A DNA stretch of 64,000 bases from the human T2T-CHM13v2.0 reference genome, Homo sapiens, in assembly GCF_009914755.1 (NCBI RefSeq), contig NC_060935.1, one strand, 5' to 3'. Under the pieces are notes generated by a model that saw only the letters and a program-made list of their open reading frames with translations, did no database searches and was not told where the DNA came from. A program made the translations under genes and the position numbers. This document shows, in pieces, positions 24,219 through 54,117 of the stretch; the first letter of the stretch is position 1; each line of letters begins with the position of its first letter.

Positions 24219-24899
24219 GGGAGGGGAGTTAAAAAAAAAAAAAAAAGAAGGCAATGGCATCATACATCGTAGGCTACTGTCTAGCAGAAGGTATCTAAGA
24301 AGTTTTTTAGAAGAAAATGAGTCAAACTCAAGATGCAGAGAAGATAATGAAATGATATGGCAAAAAGATAAGAAGCATGTTTCTTTGCAGATGTGGAATT
24401 GCTTGGAGGACTGTGATAAAGGCCACTGTCCAGGCAAGGCCATTATCTGAATCTCTTATAATTAGCAGATATTACCCTTGTGATCAGAAAAGGCAAGCAA
24501 ACTATTTCTATCTGAAATATACCACTTACAAATATAAAATGTACAGCTCTTACTGAAAGGCTAACAGTTTAAGGAATATTTTCTTTTGAAATAATCTGGA
24601 ACAGAAAGTAATTATCTACACTAATGAAACAGGAATAGCAAGCAAAGATAATTCAATAAATATTTATAGAGTACTTCTTAAGTGCTTGGCATCACATAGG
24701 AAGCAGAATTTTTTAAAAAGCTTATCAGACTTTGAAAGTAAGGCTTACCATTATCAATGATCACAAAATCCTGGAAATAAGCCAAGTATTCAACAGTAGG
24801 CAAACAGTTAAACAAATCATGGCAAGTCAACACAACCGGGGTCTAGGGACATGACCAACTAGAATTGTTTAATATATAGGCCTAATGATGCACATATTC

Positions 24900-25520
<621 letters not shown>

Positions 25521-25746
25521 TAAATATGTAATTTTTAACTATCCAGGCTGGCCTCCCCTAGTCATGCTTTAATTAGTCAAGGACTTGAACTCAGCAGTAT
25601 GACTCTAGAGCTCGACTCCCAGCCACACCAGTGTACTCCCGTACTCCTCTGGTTTTCATTCTCTGATAGGAAACACACACAGCAGCCCAGGAATGCGCTG
25701 GATGGCAGTAGAAATTTAAAAGTCACTGTTAAAAATCAGCCAGGCA

Positions 25747-28128
<2,382 letters not shown>

Positions 28129-28599
28129 TAAATTTTGTCTTAAAAGCATAGGCAAGCTGGCAAGAAAATAAGGAACATTCAGGCTAAAACCCTAAGGAGG
28201 AGAAACAGGGAGGTAAGTTAACACTGAAGCTTTTATCTAGATGGCATTTGCAGAACTAGGCAAACCTGAGCTTCAGTTTTCAAAGCCTCAAAAGGTCACA
28301 GAAGCACGGCCCAGAGCCCAGCCACGGTGGGAAATCTAAAGAGATCTTACCCCCAGTGAAGTTGGGACTTCCAAAGGATACTCCCTTAACGTAACAGTGA
28401 ACCACCAAGAAACTTGATGTACCCTTCCCTGTCCCCAAGAGCTACCTGCAAGAAAAATCAACTGTCTAAATCCTTGGCAGGTAGAAAAACAAAAGCAGGT
28501 AGAAAAACAAAAAACTCCCCCCAAGAAGCTGCAATCACAAAACAGCCCTCACACAGACTTGCAGTCCAAAGTTGTACTACCTGGGCGATCAGAAAATAC

Positions 28600-30030
28600 T
28601 CAGTGCTCCTACTGATGGCAGGAGAAGGGCAAATTAGTTTTCAAAACCTCAAATCTTTGGTTTCGGATAACCTAGAAGAGTTAGACATGCCAGCAACTCC
28701 ACTCCTAGTTTATACCCCACAGAAATTCTTGCTCATGTGTTCCAGGAGCCATATGTAAGAATGTTCCTGCTGGACGTGGTGGCTCATGCCTGTAATCCCA
28801 GCACTTTGGGAGCCTGAGGCAGGCGGATCACCTGAGTTCAGGAGTTCAAGACCAGCCTGGCCAACATGGCGAAACCCTGTCTCTATTAAAGATACAAAAA
28901 TTGGTTGGGCATGGTGGCACACCCCTGTAATCCCAGCTACTTGGGAGGTTGAGACAGGAGAATCATTTGAACTCGGGAGTCAGAGGTTGTAGTGAGCCAA
29001 GATCACACCACTGCACTTCAGCCTGGGCGACAGAGCAAGACTCTGTCTTAAAAAAAAAAAAAAAAAAAAAAAGTTCCCAGCAGGGTTATTCCTGAGAGAG
29101 GAAAAAAAACAAAAGGCAGACCAAGGCCTTCTTGGCAACAGGGCAACAGAAAGGATCAACACACTGTGGATATTCATTCAATGGAAAGCTCTACGGCAGT
29201 GAACATGAACAGAGCCATGTGCATCCACATGGACGAATCACAAATGTAATGCTGAGCAAGTCACAGAAATCTACTGTAGGATTCCATGTCCAGGTGTTCA
29301 AAACCAGGCAAAATTCAACAATAAGTTATTCAGAGGTTGGCTATCGGTGGGAAAACTAACAAGAACAAGAGAATAAATATCACAAAATTCAGAATAGCTG
29401 GGGTGCCAGGTGTGGTGGCTTACATCTGTCATCCCAGCACTTTGGGAGGCTGAGGTGGGCGGATCACCTGAGGTCAGGGGTTCAAGACCAGCCTGGCCAA
29501 CATGGTGAAACTTCGTCTCTACTAAAAATACAAAAATTAGCCGGGCATGGTGGCACACACCTGTAGTCCCAGCTACTCAGGAGGCTGAGGCAGGAGAATC
29601 ACTTGAACCCAGGAGGCAGGGGTTGCAGTGGGCCGAGATGGCACCACTGCACTCCACCCTGGACAGCAGAGTGGCAAGATTCCATCTCAAGAAAAAAAAA
29701 AAAAAAAAAAAAGGAATAGCTGAGGGAAGGGACTTCAACCGGGGAGGGAACATAGGGGGCTTATATGGTCCTAACCTTAACCTAGGGATGGGAACATAGA
29801 TGTTCATTTTACTATTTTGTTTTAACATACTCATATGTTTTAAACATGTCTTCTGTTAAGTGTGGGATTTTGCAATAAACAAATGGCAAAATGAAGAAAA
29901 AAAAAACATGCAATGGCACACAGAGTACTGCAGACTTTTTATTTGTGCTGACATCGGACGATTTCCAAGATACACTGATAAATGAAAAGGGCATGGAGCA
30001 GAAAGGGCACAGGAGAAACAAACAATAGAT
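28600..30030 (+). mobile_element. L1ME-like 3' fragments interleaved with Alus (28768-29072, 29405-29712)
   Basis: ccagcaactccactcctag, acactgtggatattcattcaatggaa, ttcaaaaccaggcaaaa. Confidence 0.55.
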
Positions 30031-30042
30031 ATATGTTTCTGT

Positions 30043-35485
<5,443 letters not shown>

Positions 35486-35569
35486 TAATTGTTATTAGGG
35501 ATTAAATTGAAAAACTGTCCCTGAAGACAAAGAGGTCAGGACCATCTAAGACTCAAAAGTCCAATAATT

Positions 35570-36700
<1,131 letters not shown>

Positions 36701-37400
36701 TATCTCATATGGCATTTAGAAAGAGGTTTTCATCCCCCAAAACAATTTTTTGGAAAAGAGGGGTAAAAGAGTCAAACTCTGATATTTAAGTACCTAGTAC
36801 TCGACCGTAAGCCCCAAGTAGTGTTATGAATTGCACCCTTCTCTAATTAGATTTTTTAAATTGATAACTTAAAATTAAAACATCCTATAAAGAAAAAAAT
36901 ACTATATAGAAAATTTTTTAAACACATAATTTTGTAACTCCAGCAACCTGAACAAATTGTTGGTATAGCATTCCAAAATAACAAAAAATGAGATATTATA
37001 CATTCTGTTTTATAATATATATTTTTTGTGTAAAGGCATCATAGCTCTCGTCCTATGGTAATAAATTTAGAGTGACAGCTTGATTAGGATACATGAGCTA
37101 TTTTTAAAGGCTACATCATATGACACAGAACAGACTTCATATGTAGCAATCATTTTCTGATGTACGTTTTGGTGATTTCCCATTTTCTGCTATCACCTCA
37201 TATGTTTGCACGCCTGTCCCATGATACCACAGGTTACATTTCTAGAACTGGAATTGCTGTGTTAAATGACTTGACATTTTAGGTTTCATCTTCTCTGCAC
37301 CCCCCAGTCATTTAATACTGGCCCTATGGTGAAGCACATTTTCCCTCCTCTTTGAGAGCAGAGTCGTCACTCAGTGACATCACTGCCTTCGTTTACTATA

Positions 37401-37733
37401 TGGTCAGCCCTCTGTATCTGTGGGTTCCACATCCACTCATTCAACCAACTGGGGATCAAAAATATTCGAAAAAGCAAAATAAAAAATGACAATACAACAA
37501 TAAAAAATAATACAAATAAAAACAATACAGTATAAGAACTATTTACATGGCATTTACATTGGATTGGGTATTTTAAGTTATCCAGAGATGATTTAAAGTA
37601 CACAAGATGATATGCATAGGTTATATGCAAATACTATGCCATTTTCTATCAAGCACTTGAGCATCTTGGAGGATTTTGGCATCCATAGGGGGGGTCTTGG
37701 AACCAGTCCCCAGGGGATAGCAAGAAACAACTG
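37401..37733. mobile_element. MER2 (TcMar-Tigger) DNA transposon
   Basis: gtcagccctctgtatctgtgggttccacatcc...gcataggttatatgcaaatactatgccatttt...tcttggaaccagtcccc...caactg. Confidence 0.8.
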
Positions 37734-37949
37734 TGCTATGAAATACTGTATCTCACAGTGCTCCTTTACCACCTTAAAGGGGAACACAGCCACAGGTGAG
37801 GACAGACTGTACTTAAAACTCCTGCAGAGGCTGGACACAGTGGTTCACGCCTGTAATCCTAATACTTTGGGAGGCCAAGGCGGGTGGATCACCTGAGGTC
37901 AGGAGTTTGAGACCAGCCTGACCAATACGGAGAAACCCCGTCTCTACTA

Positions 37950-41321
<3,372 letters not shown>

Positions 41322-41354
41322 TCAAAAAAAAAAAAATAAGTTTAATATCAGGTG

Positions 41355-41762
41355 TACATAATACATGTGTTATATGGACATCCCCTCAAAATTCACATGT
41401 TCAACCTAACTCCCAATGCAATCGTATTAAGAGGTGGGGCCTTGAGGAGGTTGTCATGAGGGTCCTGTTCTATGAGTAGGATTAGCATCCTAATAAAAGA
41501 GGTCGAGCTGGCCATGGTGGCTGGCGCCTATAATCCCAGCTAGTCAGGAGGCTGAGGTGGGAAGATGTTGAGCCCAGGAGTCGGAGGAAAAAAAAAAAAG
41601 GGGTCACGGTCAAAAGGAGCTGCCTTGTCCCTTCCACCCTGTGAGGACGCAGCCTGAAGACAGCATGATTTGTGAGGAACAAGCCCTCACCAGATACCGA
41701 ATCTGCTGCTGCCTTGATCTTGGACTTCTCAGCTTCCAAAACCGTTAAGAAATAAACTTCTC
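41355..41762 (+). mobile_element. MLT1A-like MaLR LTR, interrupted by an Alu fragment and lacking its 3' terminus
   Basis: cccctcaaaattcacatgtt..., aagccctcaccagataccgaatctgctgctgccttgatcttggacttctcagcttcca...agaaataaa. Confidence 0.75.
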
Positions 41763-42061
41763 GGCCGGGTGCGGTGGCTCACGCCTGTAATCCCAACACT
41801 TTGGGAGGCCGAGGCCCGGATCATGAGGATCATGAGGTCAGGAGATTGAGACCATCCTGGCTAACACGATGGAACCCTGTCTCTACTAAAAATGCAAAAA
41901 AAAAAAATTTGCCGGGCGTGGTGGCAGGCGCCTGTAGTCCCCCAGCTACTTGGGAGGCTGAGGCAGGAGAATGGCATGAACCCGGGAAGCAGCGGAGCTT
42001 GTGGTGAGCAGAGATCGCGCCACTGCTCTCCAGCCTGGGCTATAGAGCAAGACTCCGGCTC

Positions 42062-42092
<31 letters not shown>

Positions 42093-42303
42093 AATTTCTC
42101 AACATGGTGAAACCCCGTTTCTACTAAAAAATGCAAAAATTAGCCGGGCGTCGTGGCAGGCGCGTGTATTCCCAGCTAATAGAGAGGCTGAGGCAGAGAA
42201 TCTCTTGAACCCAGGAGACAGAGGTTGCAGTGAGCCACTGCCCTCCAGCCTGAGTGATAATAGCGAAACTGTCTCAAAAAAAAAAAAAAAGAAAAGAACA
42301 AAA

Positions 42304-42613
<310 letters not shown>

Positions 42614-43364
42614 GAAATCTGTGTGTTGTCTGTTACTTTATGTACTCTAAGAGAATATGGTCTGTTTAGAATAACAAATCAGTCTTGAGATTCCAATTAA
42701 AACATGTAACTGAGGCCAGGCGTGGTGACTCACATCTGTAACCACATGATTTTGGGAGGCTGAGGCAGGTGGATCGCATGATAGCAGTTTGAGACCAGCC
42801 CTGGCAACACAGTGAAATCCCACCTCTACAAAGAAAATTTTTTAAAAGGCCAGGTGCAGTGGCTCATGCCTGTAATCCCAGCACTTTGGGAGACCAAGGC
42901 GGGCAGATCACAAGGTCGGGAGTTCGAGATCAGCCTGGCCAATATGGTGAAACCCCGTCTCTACTAAAAATACAAAAATTAGCTGGGCCACGCCTGTAAT
43001 CCCAGCTACTCGGGAGGCTGAGGCAGAAGAATTGCTTGAACCCAGCAGGCGGAGGTTGCAAGTAGGCCAAGATCATGAAACCGCATTCCAGCCTGGGCAA
43101 CAGAGTGAGACTCCATCTCAAAAAAAAAATTTTTTTTAAATCAGCCAGGCATGACGTGCATGCCATGGTCCCAGCTACTCAAGAGGCTGAGATGGGAGGA
43201 TCGCTTGAGCATGGGAGGTCGAGGCTGCAGTGAGCCACGATCGCATCAGTGCAAGCCAGCCTGGGGCACAGAGCAAGACCCTGTCTCAAAACAAAAAACA
43301 TGTAACTGAGTAGTTAGTTTAGACGTGTGATTTTACATAGAAATTTTACTAAGTTTAAAATCAG

Positions 43365-45065
<1,701 letters not shown>

Positions 45066-45442
45066 ACTAAAATGTATCACGCCTGTAATCCCAGCACTTT
45101 GGGAGGCCAAGGCGGGCTGATTGCTTGAGCTCAGGAGTTCGAGATGAGCCTGGGCAATGTGGTGAAACCCCGTCTCCACAAAAAGTACAAAAATTAGCCG
45201 GGTGTGGTGGCTTGAACCTGTAGTCCCAGCTACTCAGGAGTCTGAAAAGGGAAGATCACCTGAGCCTAGGAGGTAGAGGTTGCAGTGAGCTGAGACTGTG
45301 CCACTGTACTCCAGCCTGAGTGACAGAATCAGACCGTCTCAAAATAAACAAAAATAAACAAACAAAACATAAAACGGTATAGGAAAGTTTAAGAAAAGTG
45401 TAATATTCAGCTTCATTTATTAGATTTACAAGAGTCATTTAG

Positions 45443-45660
<218 letters not shown>

Positions 45661-48131
45661 TAATTTTTGTATTTTTAGTAGCGACAGGGTTTCACCATGT
45701 TGGCCAGGATGGTCTCAATCTCTTGACCTCGTGATCTGCCCGCCTTGGCCTCCCAAAGTGCTAGGATTACAGGCGTGAGCCACCCACCATGCCCGGCCAG
45801 AAGAATTATTAAAATAGTTAACTGAAGTTGAATATGATTTATAAGTTCAATTGAAACATTTCAGAAGTTTCATCAAATTTGCAAATGGGACCAAGCATTA
45901 ATCAAAAAGCCCCCTAAGGCCGGGGCGGCGGCTCACGCCTGTAATCCCAGCACTTTGGGAGGCCGAGGCGGGCAGATCACTTGAGTCAGGAGTTCGAGAC
46001 CAGCCTGACCAACATGAAGAAACCCCGCCTCTACTAAAAATACAAATTAGCCAGCATGGTGGCGGGCGCCTGTAATCCCAGCTACTCAGGAGGCTGAGGC
46101 AGAAGAATCGCTTGAACCAGGAGGCGGAGGTTGCAGTGAGCCGAGATCGCGACAGAGCGAGACTCCATCGCAAAAAAAATAAATAAATAAAAGCCCCCTG
46201 AAAGTGACTGTTAAAATGTCCTAGAATCGTAAATAGATCAGAAAGATTTATAGGCTACACTTATAAGCTAAACTTAAAAGACTGGCCCTTAAAATAACTA
46301 GGTTTCTGAATTCATAATTTTAACAAATTGAAAATCAATTGTTTTCGACCAAAGTAATTTCTGAATAATCTTTGCATTACATAAAAATCCAGGGGTAGGA
46401 GTGGGTGTGGCATCCAAACCTCCCTCAGACATGCCACGCACCAGTCACCCGAAACTCACCAAGTCGCTTAGTCTCTAGTCTCTCTGAACCTCTGGTTCCT
46501 CACACATTGCAAGAGACAAATATTTTCCAGAATAAATAATATACTTATTATTAATGATTTAATATTAATACATTTCACATTGATACACAGCATGTACATG
46601 AGAAGAGGCTCCAAAGCAGCATAAAGTGATGTGCAAACGTAATAAATGGGCAGCATGTGTCACTTCATAGTAACTGCAGCACTCAGTGACAGACAAGAGA
46701 AAGGTGACACACATCCCCAGAGACTAAGTATGACTCAGCATGGCCAGGTCGTGGAATTTTCCCAAAGCCTCGTTGTGATGTCATGGTGGATGTCATCAGG
46801 AAAGGAGCTGCCACAGAAGCAGTCAGGCCCTTCCACACACAGGCAGTGGAAATGTACTCCCAGCTGTCCCGTGCCCTCCCGGCCCCACCTCTTTCTCTGG
46901 CCTCGAGGCATATCAGGACAAGGAGGTAACACAAGAGTAGGAAACCCGAGGTAGTGCTGGGAGTACCTGGGGTAACGCCTTCAGGCATAACACTTAACAA
47001 CACAACAAAGGGCCACATCCATGTCCCCCCAGGAGAAAGCTGAAGAGGAGGGGAGGGTGACAAGCTTAGACTACAGAGCCTTAGTCCCTAGGCAAAGCTC
47101 AAGTCAGCAGTGCCTTGGGAACTGAGGAGCCAAACAAGCTTTGACAAATTACATAACCTGGAAGAAGAGGTCCCTTCTTGGTGACTGATTTTCCCTCTCT
47201 ATTGATGGATCTAAGGGAAGACATCAATAAAATATGGCAATTTTAAAAGAAGAATAAACAATGGGATCAGCATCTTGGATTCTGCTAAGCAGCCTTCTCT
47301 AGGCTTCAGTTTCTTCAGTTCCATAAGACAAGTGGTTTGGGGGGAACCTTCCCCAACATGCCCACCTCTCATTGTAGGGATGCAAGTAAGAGAAATAACA
47401 TCCAACTCTAGCAGCCAAGAATAAGAGGACAGAGCAAGCAGAGAGAGAACAAGGGGGTGAAACTCGTGGAGGGTGGAGTTCTTCCACGTTACGGCCATTC
47501 CCACCATGAGCCCATTGCCCTTACTCAATGGTAGCACGCAGACGGCACCTGCTGGCCCAAGACCTAGCTCCAAGGGAGGACTGCGGGAAATCTCACACAG
47601 GAAACCAGCTCCTGCGTCATGAAGGGTCGTCAGAGGAAAACCCCCACATAATGGGTGGAAAACCGAGAAAAACTCCTATACCAAGGAATCCCCACTCAGC
47701 ACTGGATATGAGCTCTGGAGAAAGTTGTCCCTGAGCCACAAAGTCCCCAAGGCCACAGCGGGCCTGAAGGGAAGAGCATTATTGTTGTCACAAATGCTGG
47801 GAGAGCACCTGGTTCCCTGGCTCGGCTGCTCCTGCAGACCAGCAGGGGGAGAGGGGACTGGACTAGCAGGGGACCGGCGGGAGGGCTGTGGAATTTAGGC
47901 TGAGGGGAGGCCACTGAATCTCCCAGGCACCTGCCACCATGGAAATCCATGTTGGGGGAACTGTAAAAGCAGTAGAGGCCGGACGCGCTGGCTCACACCT
48001 GTAATCCCAGCATCTGGGGAGGCCGAAGAGGGCGGATCACCTGAGGTCAGGAGTTCGAGACCAGCCTGACCAACATGGTAAAATCCCATCTCTACTAAAA
48101 ATACAAAAATTAGGCCGGGCACAGTGGTTCA

Positions 48132-48487
<356 letters not shown>

Positions 48488-48886
48488 TTACCGTGACTGG
48501 CAAAGGTTGAGCATCACCCTCTGGAAACCCGTGTCAAGTGACTTTACAACCAGCTGGCAGAACCACCTCACACCACAGCTGCCTGCTCTCCATGCTGACT
48601 CAAGGGGTCTTCTCAGAGACGGCCCAGCCCCAGGGATTCTTCCTGCCCAGCTTCCCAAGCTGACCATACCCTTCCAGAACCAGGGCCTTCTGCTGAGGCT
48701 GGCCAGCTGCCAAATGGGGCCAGCAGGGAGCCAGATGTCACTTTCCTGTAAAAATCAGGAGCAACTGGAAACAGACAAGACTGCTTAAACGGATATTATC
48801 CACAAATCAGAGCGCAGCCTTTTTTTATTGATTGAGCTTAAGACCTGACATGCCAAACTGCTGGCATCCACAGCTGCTCCTGGTGA

Positions 48887-49223
<337 letters not shown>

Positions 49224-49399
49224 TAGTAGAGATGGGGGTTTCTCCATGTTGGTCAGGCTGGTCTCGAACTCCCGACCTCAGGTGATCCACCCACCTCGGC
49301 CTCCCAAAGTGCTGGGATTACAGGTGTGAGCCACCGCACCCGGCCAAGAACTGTTTCTTTGCTTCCACTGAGGGCACCAGGAGGGTACAGAGCTGGAAG

Positions 49400-49640
49400 C
49401 GCCAGCTGTGCTGTCCCACTGCCTGGACTGCACCTCTTGTTACTCTGACAGCCGCTCTGTAATCACTCAAAGTCTGTTTCCTCATCTGTAAAATGGGAAT
49501 AATAACAATGCCCATCTCACAGCGTACTAGGGAATACCCAATGAGGCAGCACACGCACAGCAGTGGCACCATGCCTGGCACAGAGGACACACTGGGACGT
49601 TAACCGACAGGCTAGGTGGGAAGCGCTTAAGTAAAACCCT
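49400..49640 (+). mobile_element. MIR (representative; others near 3100-3260, 9200-9400, 19900-20090, 50330-50500, 55480-55570)
   Basis: MIR core tctgtttcctcatctgtaaaatgggaataataa. Confidence 0.75.
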
Positions 49641-50751
49641 TTTCTGCCACCCACTACACATGAACAAGAAGTTCTAGAAACAGTTCGTTTTATCTGAAGT
49701 GCTTTCTCTTCCTGCCCACTCCGTCCAGCCTCAGGCCCGCTTTCTCTGCATCTCCGCAGAGCTGTCTCTAATCCTTCAGGAGCTCCCTCTGAATACTGGG
49801 AGTCTGGTTCTTCTCTCACTCCACAACTTGAAACTAATAAGGAGCTGTCTTACGTGACCTGAGATGTGTACTCTATTTCCTGGCTATTTCCTCAAATCCT
49901 TTCCTGCAGAGACCCCTCTCTGCCATAAGTAAGAGCCCACCTCGTGTTTATGCCCATGGGAGCCCACAGTTGGTATTGTGTAATCACTTTTCGGAGTTTT
50001 ATTGACTGCTTATTTCCGAAAAAGCCACACCTACCCTAGCCACTAGTCAATGAACAGCAAAATGGAAAAACAGGCCAGCAAGCTCAAATCCCTGTTCAGA
50101 GAAAACCAGCTGCCTTGACAGATAACGTCAAGGCTGAAATTCAATGTCTGGGGCACTCAAGTCAATAAAATATTTATTGAGCACATGCCTTGCACAAGGA
50201 ACTGTATGTACACTCAGGCCCTGCCCACAAAGTGCCAAAAAGCAAGTTGTTAGGGGCTGGTTAAAAGAAGCAAAAATGGGATGGCACGTGAGAGGGACTC
50301 CAGCAGTGAGCCACCTAGCCTGCCTGGCTGTGTTACTCTGGGCGTTATTTCACCTCTCTGAGTTTCACCTATGAGAGTCCGTCATTTGTAAGAGATGGAT
50401 CTAATAGGACCTTCGTAATAGGATTGTTGTGATAATCACATTATGTGTATGTAAGGGGCTTAGCAAGGCCGTCACCACCACACAGTAGTTGACTTTTATT
50501 ATTAATAACAATAAATCATTACTTATCATCATCGTTATGAAAAGAGAGCCCAGTCCAACTGAATAGATTTGGCAAGCCTTAATAAAGTCCTGTGTCTCGA
50601 AGAATAATTTAATTTTGACAGGACAAGATAAGAAGCAAGGCCCTGCAGAAAACAAAGTCAACAAGAACAAGAGCAGAGGGGGGACCGTGAGAAGTGAGTT
50701 TGGGGTAACAGTGACTAATCTCACTATGGGGGCTGACACAGAAGAGGGTAC

Positions 50752-50939
50752 CTGCGGAGGCAAATGGAAGAAAGAGCCCAACAGGTGGAATCATATTAGA
50801 GAGTCTTGAACGCCAAGATGAAGCAAGCTTTTCATTCGGTAAGTAAGAGGAAATGGTTTATTCTTTTGGCCATTTCCCATCTTCCACCGTCAGGCCCGAC
50901 TCCTTTGGCAAAGTGTCCACAGGTGAGACTAGAAGGCAG
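50752..50939 (-). other. PC: PC 188-nt alternative (cassette) 5'-UTR exon
   Basis: Acceptor ccttcctctctttctcttag| and donor GCAG|gtaccc. Lies between exon 1 and the 39-nt exon; size agrees with the longer P2 transcript variant as I recall it. Confidence 0.8.
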
Positions 50940-52783
50940 CTAAGAGAAAGAGAGGAAGGCACGGTCAGTCAGGCCCAGGTGAGGTTTCAGAGTGAGCAGG
51001 CAAAATGCCCTGCTGCTGTGAAGGAGGCCTCTGGGTGAGAAACCTGCCCCAAAGCAGGAACTTTCAGGATACAAGAAACGGGGCCCATTCAGATGGGGGC
51101 AGGACGATATTGGGAGGCAGCCAAAGAGAAGGCCATGCTCATCCTCAATGAAAATGTTGACCAGAGGCCGGGTGCAGTGGCTCACGCCTGTAATCCCAGC
51201 ACTTTGGGAGGCCAAGGCAGGTGATCACCTGAAGTCAGGAGTTCGAGACCAGCCTGCCCAACATAGTGAAACCCCATCTCTACTAAAGATACAAAAATTA
51301 GCCAGGCAAAGGGTTGGTGCCTGTAATCCCAGCTACTCAGGAGGCTGAGGCAGGAGAATCACTTGAATCCGGGAGGCAGAGGCTGCAGTGAGCCAAGATG
51401 GTGCCACTGTACTGCAGCCTGGGCAACAAAACAAGACTCCGTCTCCAAAAAAAAAAAAACACAGAAAACGTTGACCTGAACGAGGCCTCCAGCCCATGCA
51501 GAAGGTGCCAGTGAGAAATGTGGATTGCCAGATTTACTGCCATACTGACCTTGGTGCTGGCCATCCCTGCCACCTCCAAAAGTAACTCCTTTCCGTATTC
51601 CCCATCTTGCACCCTTCTCTCCTCACTGGTTCCCAGTTTGACCCCTTTTCAACTAATTCACCCAAAACACTCATTAGGCACCTACTTGTTCCTGGCACTA
51701 TTAGGTACTGAGAGGACAGAGGGAAGAGGGACACAGGGAACTGTGGCTTGGGATAAGAGTAGTGAATCTGAGGTCCTGCCCTGCCACTGGTCCCAGAGCC
51801 CCCATGAGTGGTGGTGGGAGGACAGGTACCTATCACAGTGCCTGGGGCACTGGAAGTGAGACCGGGTGAAAGCAAGGAGCAGGACAAAAAAGGGAAAAGG
51901 GCCTGGGGGACCTACTGTGGGCTACCAGGGACAACCTTCTAGGGGAGATCTTGGAGGTGAGGACTGGCACAGGGAACCGAGTCAGCCAGGCTGCAGCGGG
52001 CTTCAGTAGAAAGACAGAAGGCGTTATGACACATGAGGGTACATTGGGGTAAACTGAGGAAACTTTGGATGACAGCCTAATTAATTCAAAAAGCAGATAC
52101 TGAGCAACTGTAGTGAACAAAGCCCCTTCCCTAAGAGCAGGGCACAGCAGGGTGAAGGAGCCATTAGTAAACAAATGACGGCTGCTTTCAGGGAGCTTAC
52201 CAGAACACCATGGGACACAATCTGCAGCTCAGGCCTGCAGCTGGGCCCTCAGAGCCCTGTCTGCCTTTTGGGCTTTTTTTTTTCTTTTTTTTTGACAGGG
52301 AGTTTCATGCTGTCGCCCAGGCTGGAGTGCAGGGGCGTGATCTCAGCTTACTGCAACCTTCAACTCCCAGGTTCAAGCAATTCTCCTGCCTCAGCCTCCT
52401 GAGTAGCTGGGATTACAGGTGCCCGCCACCAGGCCTGGCTAGTTTTTGTATTTTTAGCAGAGAAGGGGTTTCACCATGTTGGCCAGGCTGGTCTCGAACT
52501 CCTGACCTCAGGTGATCCACCCGCCTCGGCCTCCCAAAGTGCTGGGATTACAGGCATGAGCACCGCGCCCAGCCCCGTCTACCTTTGCATCTAATCTTGC
52601 TTCCTCAGTTTGGTTTCCAGTCACTGACTTACCTGCACCTTAGCAAATCCTAGTGCCCTCACCTGGTTACATCTCCTGTAGAGGCCTCTTCCCAGTGACC
52701 AATCAAGTTTCTTACACCCAACAGTGAAGCTGTTTCCCCCACATTCTCCTTCCACCTTCCTCAGCCTTCCTCTTCCAGTTCTA

Positions 52784-52978
<195 letters not shown>

Positions 52979-52981
52979 TCA

Positions 52982-53086
<105 letters not shown>

Positions 53087-53955
53087 TCAAAAAACAAAAA
53101 CAAAAAAACCTCTTTAACAAAACCTCTCCAGAATAAAACTTTCTAGCTGCTGAAATCCAATCACTGTTTCTCCACTGCAGCGGCATCAAAAAGAGGTCCA
53201 CAACTCACCTCCTCCACGAAGCCTTCCCAAGCCCATCCCCTTCCAGGCCATTTCTCCTCTCTCTCGCTTTAGTGTGTGGTTTGCTGTGATTTACTGGCCT
53301 CTACTGAACTTCCTCTTCCATGTCCTCCTAGGGCCAATACCTCACCCACTAGGCTCTCTACAAACATCTGCAGCAGGCTGCCTTGCTGCTTAGGTTTTGT
53401 TTATTTTCTCTCTCCCCCAATGGGTTTGTCAGCAGTTGCAGGACAAGGATTGACCTCATCGCCCACGCTGTCTCTCGGCCCAGTGTAGGGATAGGAACAC
53501 TGTAGGTGTGCAAAAGAATGTGATTAAGAGTTCAACAGTTAAGGAGAGCCTGCAGGCAGGAAGCTGTAGCTGCAAGTGAGAGAAATGCTGAGCACATCCA
53601 CCCCCAGCACAAGTGTTTGCATCACATACAGGGAAAGGGTGCCTTGGGGGAGGCCAGCCAGGGCTGATGGTGGCAGTGGGTACGGGAGCAATAGGGAGGC
53701 AGATGGCAGGCACTCTGGAGGTTCTGGTTGTCATCAGCAAGTGTTGGTACTTCTCTGAGCCTGTTTTCTCAGCTGGAGAACGGGTAAGGAGCCCAGGCCT
53801 ACCTCTTCTCACAAAATAAAGACACAATCTGATTTTTTAGAATTTCAGACGAGGCACGCCTGTAATCTCAGCACTTTGGGAAGCCAGGGCAGGCCGCTCG
53901 CTTGAGCGTAGGAGTTCGAGACCAGCCTGGGCAACATGACGGAACCTCGTCTCTA

Positions 53956-54117
<162 letters not shown>

